Notes: generated by a model from the sequence alone, not told the origin. A stretch of DNA of 64,000 bases from Spirochaetia bacterium (GCA_965198005.1 CBDAOI010000002.1:576001-640000), one strand, 5' to 3'. Shown: positions 40,619-51,491, numbered from the stretch's first letter. Numbers and translations are program-made.

Positions 40619-41840
40619 AGCGCGCCACCTTGCCGGCGTAGCCCAGCGCGATCGGCAGCAGCGCGCAGCCGGGAATCACCCCCCACGCACCGGCCGCGCA
40701 GGCGCGTTCGCCGAACGCCGCTACGGTGTCCGGGCGCCCGGCGGCGGCGTGCAGCAGGAACGGCACCGGGTGCGCGGTGTGCGCGCGCGCCACGCTCGGG
40801 GTGGAGTGGTCGCCGGTGACGATCACCACCTCGGGGCGCAGGCCAAGCAGCCGCGGCAGCAGCGCGTCCACGCGCTCGATCTCGGCCACCTTGGCGTCGA
40901 ACTCGCCATCCTCGCCGGCGGAGTCGGTGTACTTGTGGTGGAGGAAGAAGAAGTCGTAGTCGGGCCAAACCCGCGCCAGCGCCGCCGCCTGCGCCTCCAG
41001 GTCGGGCAGCTCGTCGAGCGCCTCCATCCCGACCAGGCGGCTCACGCCCTTGTAGTCGGGGTACACCGCCAGCGCCACGCCGCGCAGGCCGAAGCGGTCG
41101 CCGAGCGCGGGAATCTCCGGCAGCCGGGCGAAGCCGCGCAGCAGCACTTCGTTGGCCGGGCGCTCGGCCGCCAGCAGGGCGCGGGCGCGCTCGATGAAGC
41201 GGGCGGCGAGGCCGGCGGTGCGGCGCGCGGCCGCGACCGCGTCCGGCGGCGCGCCGGCGGGTGCTGCCCCGGCCGGCGGGCGCGCGGGAACGCCGGTGGC
41301 CTGGGGATCGGTGTCGGTCACCCGGTCGCTCAGATTGGAGCCGCGGAATACCACCATCGCGCGGTAGTCGCGCACCGCGCGCACGGCGACCTCGACCTGC
41401 GGCAACTCGATGGTGTCGAGCAGCGCGGCCAGGCGGATGCAGACCTCGGTCGGGATGCGCCCGGCGCGCCGGTCGGTTACCACGCCGGCGGGGTCGCGGG
41501 TGGCGAAGTTGAGGCGCGCCGCAACATCTCCGGTGCGCACCGGATAGCCGATCCCCAGCGCGGCCACGATGCCGCGCCCGATCGGGTAGCGCAACGGGTC
41601 GTAGCCGAACAGCGCCAAGTGGCCCGGCGCCGAGCCCGGGGCGATGCCGTACCCTACCGGCAGGTGCAGCCCGCATTCACCGGACCGCGCCAGCTCGTCG
41701 AGGTGCGGCGTGCGCGCCGCCTCCAGCTCGGTGGGACCGCCCGCGGTGCGCGGCAGCCCGCCCAGCCCGTCGAGCACCAGCAGCAGGATGCGCGCCTCAT
41801 TGCGCACCACCAGCGGCGTGATCGGCACGTCTTCTTCCAT
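40608..41840 (-). CDS. apgM: 2,3-bisphosphoglycerate-independent phosphoglycerate mutase (ApgM type)
   Basis: LLVLDGLGG, TPHLDELA, PGSAPGHLALFGYDP, HHKYTDSAGEDG, TGDHSTP. Confidence 0.92.
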   Translation of the reverse strand: MEEDVPITPLVVRNEARILLLVLDGLGGLPRTAGGPTELEAARTPHLDELARSGECGLHLPVGYGIAPGSAPGHLALFGYDPLRYPIGRGIVAALGIGYPVRTGDVAARLNFATRDPAGVVTDRRAGRIPTEVCIRLAALLDTIELPQVEVAVRAVRDYRAMVVFRGSNLSDRVTDTDPQATGVPARPPAGAAPAGAPPDAVAAARRTAGLAARFIERARALLAAERPANEVLLRGFARLPEIPALGDRFGLRGVALAVYPDYKGVSRLVGMEALDELPDLEAQAAALARVWPDYDFFFLHHKYTDSAGEDGEFDAKVAEIERVDALLPRLLGLRPEVVIVTGDHSTPSVARAHTAHPVPFLLHAAAGRPDTVAAFGERACAAGAWGVIPGCALLPIALGYAGKVARFGA

Positions 41841-41902
41841 ATGTAGTGGCGTATAGGGGCGTCGGTACCGGCATCCGCCGCGGGGGGCGGCGGGCCGAGC
41901 GC

Positions 41903-42403
41903 CTACCCGCCGGCTGAAGCGGCGACCACGTTGACGGTCCGGGTGCTCGGCGAGCCTGCTTCGAAGTCACCCGGCTCCACCGCGTAAATCGTGAACTCGA
42001 TGGTCCGGTTGGTCGCGAACACGTCGCCCGCCCCCACCAGGTAGGAGAGCGCACCGGTCGATTCCTCAGCCTGAATGACGCAGGCTTGAGAGCCCTCGGC
42101 CGCGCGCGTACCCGAATCCTCGAGATCCACGTGCACCACGATTCTCTCTCCCGCCGGGGGGGCCGCAGTGCACGTAATCGTGACGAACTGGCCCTCCGCC
42201 ACCGGATTGGGCCAGACGCTGCTCAGGTATACGCCGAGCACGCCCGGCGACGGCGGCTCGATTACCGGCTCCTCGGCGGTCGGACGCCTGTCCGCGGGAG
42301 AGGTCGCCTGACCGGTCGCGGCATCGCTGTCGTCCCCCCCGCCGAACGCCTCCTCGAACAACGCGCAGCCGGAGGTCAGCAGGAGGACAACTCCGCACAG
42401 CAT
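41903..42403 (-). CDS. hypothetical lipoprotein
   Basis: LLLTSGC lipobox; Ig-like beta-rich C-terminus. Confidence 0.6.
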   Translation of the reverse strand: MLCGVVLLLTSGCALFEEAFGGGDDSDAATGQATSPADRRPTAEEPVIEPPSPGVLGVYLSSVWPNPVAEGQFVTITCTAAPPAGERIVVHVDLEDSGTRAAEGSQACVIQAEESTGALSYLVGAGDVFATNRTIEFTIYAVEPGDFEAGSPSTRTVNVVAASAGG

Positions 42404-42566
42404 TGCCCCGACTCCCACGACGGAGTGATGCCGCCGATGGTGACGGCAGCCGTGCGCTCGACGATTCGATCCAGTTTCGTACATTCAAGACCCCTCATGC
42501 TCCGGACTTTCGGTGAAACGAATACAATGTATTTCCCCAAGGGACAACCCGTTCGATATTCGATGT

Positions 42567-43856
42567 ATGGGATCGTTGCGCCCGACGGCGCGTAACCGGA
42601 TCATCGTGCTGGGGGCGATCATGCTGGCGCTGCTGCCGGTCGGCTCCGCCCCGACCCCCGCGGTGCGGCCCGCCCCCGCCAGCGGCTTCGCCGAGGTGCG
42701 CGCGCTGTGGGTGGTGCGGACGGCGCTGGGCAGTGCCGCGCAGGTGCGGACGATGGTGGCCGAGGCCGCCGCCGCCGGCTTCAACACGCTGCTGGTGCAG
42801 GTGCGCGGCCGGGGCGACGCGCTGTATGCCTCCAGCCTGGAGCCGCGCGCCGAGTTCCTCACCGGCGACCCGGAGTTCGATCCGCTGCAGTTGGTGATCG
42901 AGGAAGCGTACCGGCGCGGCCTGGCGGTGCACGCCTGGGTGAACACCCATCTGGTATGGGGCCCGGTCAACCCGCCGCGCAGCCCCGAGCATCTGGTGAA
43001 CGCCCACCCCGACTGGCTGGCGGTGCCGCACGGTCTGGGGCGGCAGCTCTACCATCGCGACCCGCGCAGCCCCGAGTACGTGGCGCGGCTGATCGAGTAC
43101 GCGGCCGCCAACATCAAGTCGATCGAGGGACTGTTCACCAGCCCCTCGCACCCGGCGGTGCAGGATCGCGTGCAGCGGGTCTGGATGGATCTGGCGCGCA
43201 ACTACGACCTGGACGGCATCCACTTCGACTACGTGCGCTTCCCCTCGCCCGAATTCGACTATTCACGCGGCGCCCTGGAGCGGTTTCGCGCCTGGGCCGG
43301 ACTGCGCCTGCCGGCGCGGCGCATGCGGGAACTGGACGCGGCCGCGGAGCAGGATCCCTACGCGCTGGTGGAAGCGCTGCCCGAGTGGTGGCGCGTGTTC
43401 CGCCGGGACAGCATTTCCATGCTGGTGCGGCGCATCTACGTCGACGTCAAGCTGCTCCGTCCCGGCCTGATCGTGTCGGCGGCGGTGCTGCCCGACCGCG
43501 GCGCGGCGCGCGAACAACGGTTCCAGGAGTGGACGAACTGGCTGGCCGAGGGGATCCTGGACGTGGTGGTGCCGATGGCGTACACCACCGACCCGGAGCG
43601 GTTCCGCATCTGGATCGCGCAGGCGCGCGTCGCCGCCGGCAGCCGGGAGCGGATCTGGGCCGGAGTCGGGGGTTACCTGAACCCGGTCGGCGGCACGCTT
43701 GAGCAGATCGAGCACGCGCGCCGCGCCGGGGCCGGCGGCGTGGTGCTGTTCGCCTACGCCACTCCGGCCGCGACCCCGCCGGAACCGGGCGCCCCCGCCC
43801 CGCTCGCGCGGATCGGGCAAGCGGCGTTCGGCCCGACGGCGGCCCAGCCACGCTGA
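42567..43856 (+). CDS. glycoside hydrolase family 10-like (GHL10/YddW) protein
   Basis: EVRALWV, QVRGRGDALY, VHAWVN, YDLDGIHFDYVRFP, VVPMAY. Confidence 0.88.
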   Translation: MGSLRPTARNRIIVLGAIMLALLPVGSAPTPAVRPAPASGFAEVRALWVVRTALGSAAQVRTMVAEAAAAGFNTLLVQVRGRGDALYASSLEPRAEFLTGDPEFDPLQLVIEEAYRRGLAVHAWVNTHLVWGPVNPPRSPEHLVNAHPDWLAVPHGLGRQLYHRDPRSPEYVARLIEYAAANIKSIEGLFTSPSHPAVQDRVQRVWMDLARNYDLDGIHFDYVRFPSPEFDYSRGALERFRAWAGLRLPARRMRELDAAAEQDPYALVEALPEWWRVFRRDSISMLVRRIYVDVKLLRPGLIVSAAVLPDRGAAREQRFQEWTNWLAEGILDVVVPMAYTTDPERFRIWIAQARVAAGSRERIWAGVGGYLNPVGGTLEQIEHARRAGAGGVVLFAYATPAATPPEPGAPAPLARIGQAAFGPTAAQPR

Positions 43857-43865
43857 ATTGCGCGT

Positions 43866-44216
43866 TCATGCCTCATCGCGCTTCCCTTGGCGGTCCAACT
43901 CCCTCGCCACGAATGGCGCATGCCGCTGCAGGTAGGACCAGCTTATCTCTCGGCACCAGTAATCTACGGCAAACTTCCGCCGCGCTTCACGGCATTGCGA
44001 GTCGTTGAGCCGCAAACGCTCAATGGTATTGGTCACGTCGGCCTCAATGCCATCGGGAAGCCCGGTACCCGGCACCACCTGGAATTCGTACAGTTCCAGA
44101 GCAAACCATCCGTCCTTGACCTCGAACGGGTCCAGCACCTGGTCAACGCATCCCTTGCGGGCGTTCATCAACGCGCAGGCCAGGCGGTAGTTGCTCCATT
44201 CGTAGACCGGATCACG
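43866..44216 (-). pseudogene. HNH-type partner nuclease, N-terminally deleted
   Basis: YEWSNYRLACALMNARKG..VLDPF..TIERLRLN; the upstream CxxC..DH part is missing. Confidence 0.65.
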
Positions 44217-45502
44217 GCTCGCCCCCGCACCGATTCCACGAATGCATTCCAACGCACCCAGAATACGTCGGGATCGGGCAGCACCGAACGAAGGTGTTCG
44301 TGTGCCTCCATAACTTCTTCGAGTTTCGGAGCCTGCTGTTGGAGCAGAGTTCTCGCTCGAAGGATCGCCTGCTCCGCCTCGACACTGCCGCGATCGGTGG
44401 CTAGATCGAAGGCCTCACTCGTGAGCCAGTGGCCGGCGCTGCCCCGCGGCGTATATTGGCGCCGCTGCAGGGTTACCCGTGGCGGCTCATCGACCAGATC
44501 GAGGTCGAACCATGCGTCCTGTTTCGGGTCGAACCATGCTTCAGTGGACCCGAGCACGAGCGGGGAGTGGGTGGCCGCCACGAGCTGAAAATCTCTTCCG
44601 GCGAAGGGTTGGGTGTCTTCATTGCCGAAATCTCGCAACGCCTTCAGAATCGACCGCTGCCAGCGGGGATGCAGATGGCTCTCGACTTCGTCGAACAGCA
44701 TGATCACGCGCTCGGTGACTTCCTCGCCCAACTGCCTGGCGGCGATCCGATGCTCGCTCCAGGCCCACGTCAACACATATGCCAGTGCGCATGCCCGACG
44801 AATTCCCGACGAGGCATGGAGTATCGGCACCGCACCTGCGTAGGAGGTCTCTATGGAGGGATAGTCCAGCGGGTCATCGACCGCAAGCCGCATGAGCCCA
44901 CCCGGTGTGATGACCTCCTCCGGCGCACCGGGAGACAGCGCCCGCAGTGCGGCAGCCATGGCAGTCGCGTTGTCATCCTGCGCCCGAATCCAGGTTGACC
45001 AGTCTCGCACCAGACCGTTGCAGACGGGAACATCCTCGTTGGTCCCGGTCCACAGACCCTCCCAGACCTCGGCCTCGGTGAATACGTACGCCAAGGGCCT
45101 TTTCCGCGGACCCAAGTTTCGGGCGGGGTCCCATACGGAAAACGACCCGTCGGCATGAGCATACACCACGAGCCCCGCGTTCCATCGACGTTCATTCTTG
45201 AATGACCACTCTTCGGCCCGTTGCAAGTACCTTGAGGTGGCCTCGATACTGTCGCTCTTGGCTGACAGACGAAAGCGGATCGACGCCGGCCTTGCAGGGT
45301 CAACCGGTCGGGCCGGCAGCCCGCAGGTCATGTGCCGGTTAACCTCGCGGGGCCAGTGCCGCGTGAGCGCCCACCACGCGGTGTCCAGCAGGAAGCTCTT
45401 GCCGAGACCGTTGTCACCGGTCAGAAGGTTTACCCGCGATGCGAATTCGATCTCCATCTCAGGCGCAGGTCCCGTGTTTTTCAGTCGCAGATACTCAAGC
45501 AT
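44168..45502 (-). CDS. AAA_21/ABC-type ATPase (PtuA-like)
   Basis: LLTGDNGLGKSFLL, HASSG, MLFDEVESHLHPRWQR, ATHSPLVL. Confidence 0.85.
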   Translation of the reverse strand: MLEYLRLKNTGPAPEMEIEFASRVNLLTGDNGLGKSFLLDTAWWALTRHWPREVNRHMTCGLPARPVDPARPASIRFRLSAKSDSIEATSRYLQRAEEWSFKNERRWNAGLVVYAHADGSFSVWDPARNLGPRKRPLAYVFTEAEVWEGLWTGTNEDVPVCNGLVRDWSTWIRAQDDNATAMAAALRALSPGAPEEVITPGGLMRLAVDDPLDYPSIETSYAGAVPILHASSGIRRACALAYVLTWAWSEHRIAARQLGEEVTERVIMLFDEVESHLHPRWQRSILKALRDFGNEDTQPFAGRDFQLVAATHSPLVLGSTEAWFDPKQDAWFDLDLVDEPPRVTLQRRQYTPRGSAGHWLTSEAFDLATDRGSVEAEQAILRARTLLQQQAPKLEEVMEAHEHLRSVLPDPDVFWVRWNAFVESVRGRAVIRSTNGATTAWPAR

Positions 45503-45539
45503 GGGCAGCCTCTCGCTCAGTACGAGCGTACTGCCTACT

Positions 45540-46235
45540 CTACGGTGATCCGGCGGGCGTGTATATCTTTTCGGGATAGGGGCACCAGCGCGCGACCGGG
45601 CAGCGGTCGCACTCGGGGCGGCGGGCGCGGCAGCAGCGGCGGCCGTGGTAGTTGACTACCGCCGACAGCTCCGACTGCTGCGCCGCGGGGATCAGGGCGC
45701 GGACCTCGGCCTCGATCCGGTCCGGGTCGGTGGCGGTGACCAAGCCGAGACGGGTAGCCACGCGGCGGAAGTGGGTGTCCACCACCACGGCCGGGGCGCC
45801 GAACCAGTGTTGCAGCATCACGTTGGCGGTCTTCCGACCCACGCCCGGCAGCGCCGCCAGTTCTTCGATGGTGGCCGGCACCGCGCCGCCGTGCTCGGCG
45901 CACAGCGCGCGGGCGCAGGCGATCAGGTTGCGCGACTTGTTGCGGAAGAACCCGGTCGAGCGCACCGCGCTCTCCAGTTCCCCCTGATCCGCGGCCGCGA
46001 GCGCCGCCGCATCCGGATAGCGGGCGAACAGCGCCCGCGTCACCGTGTTCACCCGCTCGTCGGTGCACTGCGCGGAGAGGATGGTCGCCACCAGCAGCTC
46101 GTAGGCGTTGCGGTGGTGCAGCGGGCACGGCGTGTCGGGGTACTCGCGGCGCAGCCGCCGCCGGATGGCCGCGGCGCGGGTGCGCAGCTCGCCCAGGCGG
46201 CGGGACTCGGCGGCACGGTCGGATACCTTATTCAT
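45540..46235 (-). CDS. nth: endonuclease III
   Basis: LVATILSAQCTDERVN, LPGVGRKTANV, VVDTH, C-X6-C-X2-C-X5-C. Confidence 0.95.
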   Translation of the reverse strand: MNKVSDRAAESRRLGELRTRAAAIRRRLRREYPDTPCPLHHRNAYELLVATILSAQCTDERVNTVTRALFARYPDAAALAAADQGELESAVRSTGFFRNKSRNLIACARALCAEHGGAVPATIEELAALPGVGRKTANVMLQHWFGAPAVVVDTHFRRVATRLGLVTATDPDRIEAEVRALIPAAQQSELSAVVNYHGRRCCRARRPECDRCPVARWCPYPEKIYTPAGSP

Positions 46236-46309
46236 TGGGCGGACCGGTCAAGGCAGCACGGCCGTGTGCCAGCTCGACCATGCGCGGGCGCGGGCGCATC
46301 CCGCCGGCA

Positions 46310-47765
46310 TCATGAACCGCCGGCCGGCGGCGGTTCCCAAAGACGTTCGAGCGATACCACTCCGGCGTCGCCGTATGCGGGCCCGTGATCCCCGGCCGGC
46401 CGCGCCTCGGTCGGCTCCAGCGGCGCCCCCTCCCAGCGTGGCGCCACCGGCACCGCCGGCAGCGGCGTACCATCCGGCCGCCGGAACACAAGCTGCCCAT
46501 CCGCGCCAGAGACCACCTGAAACCCCTCCTCGTGCACCGCCCGGTGGTGGTAGCGACACACGAGAACCAGGTTAGAAAGTCGCGTCGCCCCGCCGTCTGC
46601 CCAGTGCACGACGTGATGCGCGTCGCAGTGGCGGAGCTGACAGCCGGGGAACTGACACTGATGGTGGTCTCTGACCTCCAGCGCGCGGCGCAACGGGGCA
46701 CCGTGCGCGTTCTCGCCCGACCTCCAGGACTGCGCCGTCGGGAGCGTGGGTACGCGGCCGGCGTCGCAGGCGATGCGGCGGGCCGCGGTCGTAGCGAGGT
46801 GAATTTTGGGATGACCGCCGCGCCGGCGGCGCGGGTGGGTCGGCCGTCGGCGCCGGTGCCACCGGTGCGGGGCTGCGCGTCGGCGGCGGGGGCGTCGGGG
46901 TGCTCAGGCGCGTCCGCGCGGTGACCGGCGGTGCGACCGGCTGGGCGGCAGTCTCACCGGCGGCGCACGGTGCTGCCGGCATCGCCGGTGGCGAGTCCGG
47001 CCGGTGCCCCGCGTTTCCGCTGAACTGGCCGGCGTCAGCGGCCGCGCAGCCGGCTGCCGCCGCGCCCGGGGCGCTCGCTGCCGCGGCCGGAGCACCGGCG
47101 CACGTTTCCGCGGAAATCCCGGGTAGCCACGGGGGAAGGGGCAGTCTCACGGGCAGTCTCACCGGCGGCCAACGCCGGCACGTGCACCGTCACCTGGTAG
47201 CGGTCACGGGTCCAGCTTGGCTTTCCGACTCCCAGCGCATCCGCGCGCCGTTGCGAGGCAGTGCACTCGGTGCCGTCCGCCGCCGCCGCCGGCACCTGCT
47301 CGGCCTCCAGCGCCCGCGGCCCCCACCTCCGGCAGACCGCCCGCGCAGCACCACCATCCCGTCTTCGTCCACCCGCGCTCAACCCGCGCCGCGCCAAGGC
47401 ACCTGCGCGCCATCGTCGCCGGCCGCCGCGCTCCTCCCGGTCCACCCGCCGCCAGCCGCGCACCAGCCGCTCCACCTGCTCGGCGGTCGCGCCGCACGCC
47501 ACCGCCAGCAGCCGCGCCTCGGTGAGCGGGGTCGCCACCCGAGGCGGTACCTTCGCAGCACCCGCAGGCCATGGCGGCGCTCACGTGGTTGAGGTCGGCC
47601 AGGGCGGCGGCCACGGCAGCTTCTCGCGCGCGGCGCCGTCGAGGCCGGTGCGCCGGCCAGTGGGCGCACGAGCAGCCTTCCCAGCCGTGGCGGCGGTCGG
47701 CGTAGGTCGTCATACCTGCGCGCGGAGAGTTCGGCGATGCGGTCGCCGAGCTGATTCGATGGCGG
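46310..47765 (-). pseudogene. DUF222/HNH element, highly degenerate
   Basis: QLGDRIAELSA, ATAEQVERLVRGWRRVD, RRALEVRDHHQCQFPGC..DAHHVVHWADGGAT.LSNLVLVCRYHH across several frames. Confidence 0.8.
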
Positions 47766-48066
47766 CGGCGCCTGATTGTTCCGCGGCCGCTGGGCGGTTT
47801 TGGACGGGGCCGTAGGCGGCGGTGGCGGGCTTGGTTCGGCGATTTTGGAGTTTCGTGGCCGGATGGGGTTTCGCTCCAGCGCTGCTAGGGCCCGGGTGCG
47901 GGACACGTGGGTTGGCGCGGGGCCGAGGCGGACTGTGGCGCTCCAAACGCTGGATATTTTTTGGCGCTCGCACCGCCTTACGTGACAGTTTGTGACCCCC
48001 GGGCCGCCGGTCCGGCCGCGCGGTATGCACGCCGGCGGCGGGCCGGCTACACTGGGCGGCGACGCG

Positions 48067-48930
48067 ATGGCCCAACCAACGGTGGTGATCACCGGCGCCA
48101 GCCGCGGCATCGGCCTGGCGGTGACGCGGGCGCTGTGCGCAGCCGGATACGGGGTGGTTGCCGGGGTACGCGCCCCGCGGGCGCTGCCGGAGGACGCGCG
48201 TCTCGCCGGCGTCCACTACCTGGGGCTCGACCTGACCGACTCCGCTTCGATCGCCGCCTTTGCCGCGGCCGCGGGCGAGCTGGCCGGCTCGTCGCTGCTG
48301 GCGCTGGTCAACAACGCCGGCGTGGGCGCCCTGGGCGCGGCCGAAACATTCCCGCCGGCGCGCGCCCGCCGAGTGCTGGAAGTCAACCTGTGGGGCGCGT
48401 TGGACCTCACCCGGCGGTTGCTGCCGCGGCTGCGGGCGCGCGCCGCGCCGGGCCGCCCCACGTACCTGCTCAACGTCGGCTCGCTGATCGCGGAGTATCC
48501 GGTGCCCTACCACGCCGTGTACGCGGCCTCGAAGGGGGCGTTGCGCGCCTACACGCTGGCGCTGCGCGGCGAACTGGCCGCCCACGGGGTGGCGGTCGTG
48601 CTGCTGGAGCCCGGCGACGTCGCCACCGGCACCACGCCCGTACGCGCCGCCGGCGGCGCCGCCGGGGATTCGCCGTACGCGGTGGCCGAGGCGACGGTGG
48701 AGCAGGCCCGGGCGCGCAAGATGGAAGCCGCGCCGCCGCCCGAGGCGGTGGCCGCGCGCGTGCTGGCGGTGCTGGGCGCCCGCCGGCCGCCGCCGATCGT
48801 GGCCTGCGGCGGCAGCGCGCCGCTGCTGCGCTTCGCCCGCCGCCTGCTGCCCGACCGCGCCGCGCAGGCGCTCACCCTGCGCTCCTACGGCCTCGGCAGC
48901 CGCGGCCGCCCGCGCGGCCACCGCGCGTAG
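48067..48930 (+). CDS. short-chain dehydrogenase/reductase
   Basis: TGASRGIG, LVNNAG, YAASK. Confidence 0.92.
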   Translation: MAQPTVVITGASRGIGLAVTRALCAAGYGVVAGVRAPRALPEDARLAGVHYLGLDLTDSASIAAFAAAAGELAGSSLLALVNNAGVGALGAAETFPPARARRVLEVNLWGALDLTRRLLPRLRARAAPGRPTYLLNVGSLIAEYPVPYHAVYAASKGALRAYTLALRGELAAHGVAVVLLEPGDVATGTTPVRAAGGAAGDSPYAVAEATVEQARARKMEAAPPPEAVAARVLAVLGARRPPPIVACGGSAPLLRFARRLLPDRAAQALTLRSYGLGSRGRPRGHRA

Positions 48931-49024
48931 GGTCGCCGGGGTCGCACGGAACGCGCCCACACCGCCGGACCACCGGAGCGCACCGTTGACGCCGCCACGG
49001 CGAACGGGGTACCGTCGGTCCGTC

Positions 49025-49591
49025 ATGGCCGTGATCTCCATACCGCGCCCCCTGCGCGAGAAACTCGGTGCCGAGGCCGCCGATTCCCTGGCAGACCTCT
49101 TGCACGAGTTCAGCGCCGAGCATCGCGAAGATCTCGTCGTTGTGGTGGAGGAGCGGTTCGCCCGCCGGGTCGCCGAGTCCCGCGATGCGGTACGCAGCGA
49201 GATACACAGCTTCCGCGACGAGCTGCGTAGCGAGATGCATGCCGGCTTCCTCGACCTGCAGAAGCAGATCGGCGCACTGCGTGCGGAACTCGGCACGCAG
49301 ATCGCCGCCGTGCGTACCGACTTCGGCATGGAGATCGCCGCACTGCGTGCGGAACTCGGCACACAGATCGCCGCAGTGCGTACCGACCTCGGCAAGGAGA
49401 TCGCCGCCGTGCGTGCGGAACTCGGCACGCAGATCGGTGACGTCCGTAAGGAAATCGGCGAGATCCATAAGGAGATCGGCAGCGTCCGGAAGGAGATCAC
49501 CGTACAGACACGCTGGATTCTGGCAGTCCTGGTCGCCGCGGCGACCCTGATTCCGTTCATTCAGCGGCTCGCGGAATCACTACTGCCGTGA
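49025..49591 (+). CDS. coiled-coil protein with 11-aa repeats and C-terminal TM (Bdr/DUF1640-like)
   Basis: IPRPLREKLG..; (AALRAELGTQI/AAVRTDLGKEI)n; QTRWILAVLV. Confidence 0.75.
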   Translation: MAVISIPRPLREKLGAEAADSLADLLHEFSAEHREDLVVVVEERFARRVAESRDAVRSEIHSFRDELRSEMHAGFLDLQKQIGALRAELGTQIAAVRTDFGMEIAALRAELGTQIAAVRTDLGKEIAAVRAELGTQIGDVRKEIGEIHKEIGSVRKEITVQTRWILAVLVAAATLIPFIQRLAESLLP

Positions 49592-49608
49592 TGCAGAGGG
49601 GCGCGCAA

Positions 49609-49681
49609 CGGGATGTAGCCCAGCGGCTAGGGCACCTGCTTTGGGAGCAGGAGATCGGAGGTTCGAGTCCTCTCATCCCGA
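49609..49681 (+). tRNA. tRNA-Pro(TGG)
   Basis: CGGGATG/CATCCCG acceptor; CCTGC-TTTGGGA-GCAGG; GTTCGAGTC. Confidence 0.95.
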
Positions 49682-49698
49682 TCCCGATTCTTGCCACT

Positions 49699-49772
49699 GC
49701 GTCCATAGCTCAGCCGGATAGAGCAGCAGCCTTCTAAGCTGCGGGTCGCGCGTTCGAGTCGCGCTGGACGCG
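49699..49772 (+). tRNA. tRNA-Arg(TCT)
   Basis: GCGTCCA/TGGACGC acceptor; GCAGC-CTTCTAA-GCTGC. Confidence 0.95.
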
Positions 49773-49845
49773 ACGCCCGGCGCGCGCGCGGCCGGCCGCC
49801 CCCGAAACCTGCCGCCCGGTCTCGCGCCGCGCCGGTCAGCCGGTG

Positions 49846-49945
49846 GCGCCTGCCGCCGATGCGCCTGCGCCTGCCGCCGATGCGCCTGCGCCTGCCGCCG
49901 ATGCGCCTGCGCCTGCCGCCGATGCGCCTGCGCCTGCCGCCGGAT
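49846..49945. repeat. 21-bp tandem repeat (GCGCCTGCGCCTGCCGCCGAT) x~4.5
   Basis: Directly visible, intergenic. Confidence 0.92.
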
Positions 49946-49952
49946 GCGCCGG

Positions 49953-51491
49953 TCAGTCCGCGGGGGCGCCGCCGCCGGCCGCGGCCAGCAGCCGTTGCAG
50001 CTCCGGCAGGTCGAGGCCGGGGTAGGCGGGATACGCCTGCAGCAGTTCCGCGACGTCGGCGCGCACCGCCGCCTGCACTGCCGGGTCGAGCCGGTAGCGG
50101 GTGCGGCTCGGGGCGCCGGCTCGGGCCCCCTTGGTGATGCGGGCGGGCTCGGTCGCCGCCACCACGCGCGCGATCTGGCCGGCCACCTGCGCCATCTGTT
50201 CCTCCGCCATCCCCAGCGTGGTCAGCGCCGGCGTGCCCAGCCGCAGCCCCGACGTGTACCAGGAGCCCTGGGGATCGTCCGGCAGCACGTTGCGGTTCAC
50301 GGTGATCCCGGCCTCGCGCAACGCCGATTCCGCCTGGCGGCCGGTCAGCCCGCGCGCCGTCAGGTCGAGCAGCAGCAGGTGGTTGTCGGTGCCGCCGGTC
50401 ACCACTTGCAGCCCGCGCGCCGTGCAGGCGGCGGCGAGTGCCTGCGCGTTGGCCACGATCCGGCGCGCGTAGCGCGCGAACTCCGGCTGCGCCGCCTCGG
50501 TGAACGCCACCGCCTTGGCCGCCATCACGTGCGGCAAGGGGCCGCCGAGCACCAGCGGGCAGCCGCGGTCGACCGCCGCTGCCAGCTCGGCGCGGCACAG
50601 GATCAGACCGCCGCGCGGGCCGCGCAGGGTCTTGTGGGTGGTCGAGGTGACGATGTCCGCGAACGGAATCGGATTGCAGTCGCCGCCGAGCACGCCGCCG
50701 GCGACCAGCCCTGCGAAGTGCGCCATGTCCACCATCAGCACCGCGCCCACCGCGTCGGCGATGGCGCGCAGCCGGCGGAAGTCGATGGCGCGCGGGTAGG
50801 AGCTGTAGCCGGCCAGCAGGATCAGCGGCCGCACCGCGCGCGCGCGCCGCTCGACCGCGTCGTAGTCCAGGCGGCCGGTGACGCGGTCGACCCCGTAGGC
50901 ATGGCACTCGAACATCCGGCCCGACACGTTCGGTCGGTAGCCGTGGGTCAGATGGCCGCCGGACCCCAGGTCCATGCCGAGCAGCCGCTGGCCGCCCAGC
51001 TCGGCGCGCAGCGCTTCCCAGTCGGACGCGCTCAGCGCCACCGCCGACTTGGCGCCCAGCCGCTCCAGGCGCGGCTGCTCCACGCGGGTCGACAGCACGG
51101 CCCAGAACGCGACCAGGTTGGCGTCGGCACCGCTGTGCGGCTGCACGTAGGCATGCTCGGCCCCGAACAGCTCGCAGGCCAGCGCCGCGGCGCGCCGCTC
51201 CACCCGGTCGACGTTGGCGCAGCCGGCGTAGAAACGGTGGCCCGCCACCCCCTCGGCGTACTTGTCGGTGAGCAGGTTGCCCATGGCGGCCTGCACCGCC
51301 AGCGAGGCGTAGTTCTCGCTGGCGATCAGCTTGAGATGCGCCCGCTGATCGGCCAGCTCCTGGACGATCGCGGCCGCCACCTCGGGGGCGAGTTCGCAGA
51401 TCTGGTCCAGCGCGGCGACGTAGCCGGCCATCGGGGCCGTTACCTGATCCGGAGGCGTTGTCGCGAGATAGGAACTGAGTAGATGAGCCAT
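49953..51491 (-). CDS. glyA: serine hydroxymethyltransferase
   Basis: [52 protein letters not shown]. Confidence 0.97.
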   Translation of the reverse strand: MAHLLSSYLATTPPDQVTAPMAGYVAALDQICELAPEVAAAIVQELADQRAHLKLIASENYASLAVQAAMGNLLTDKYAEGVAGHRFYAGCANVDRVERRAAALACELFGAEHAYVQPHSGADANLVAFWAVLSTRVEQPRLERLGAKSAVALSASDWEALRAELGGQRLLGMDLGSGGHLTHGYRPNVSGRMFECHAYGVDRVTGRLDYDAVERRARAVRPLILLAGYSSYPRAIDFRRLRAIADAVGAVLMVDMAHFAGLVAGGVLGGDCNPIPFADIVTSTTHKTLRGPRGGLILCRAELAAAVDRGCPLVLGGPLPHVMAAKAVAFTEAAQPEFARYARRIVANAQALAAACTARGLQVVTGGTDNHLLLLDLTARGLTGRQAESALREAGITVNRNVLPDDPQGSWYTSGLRLGTPALTTLGMAEEQMAQVAGQIARVVAATEPARITKGARAGAPSRTRYRLDPAVQAAVRADVAELLQAYPAYPGLDLPELQRLLAAAGGGAPAD

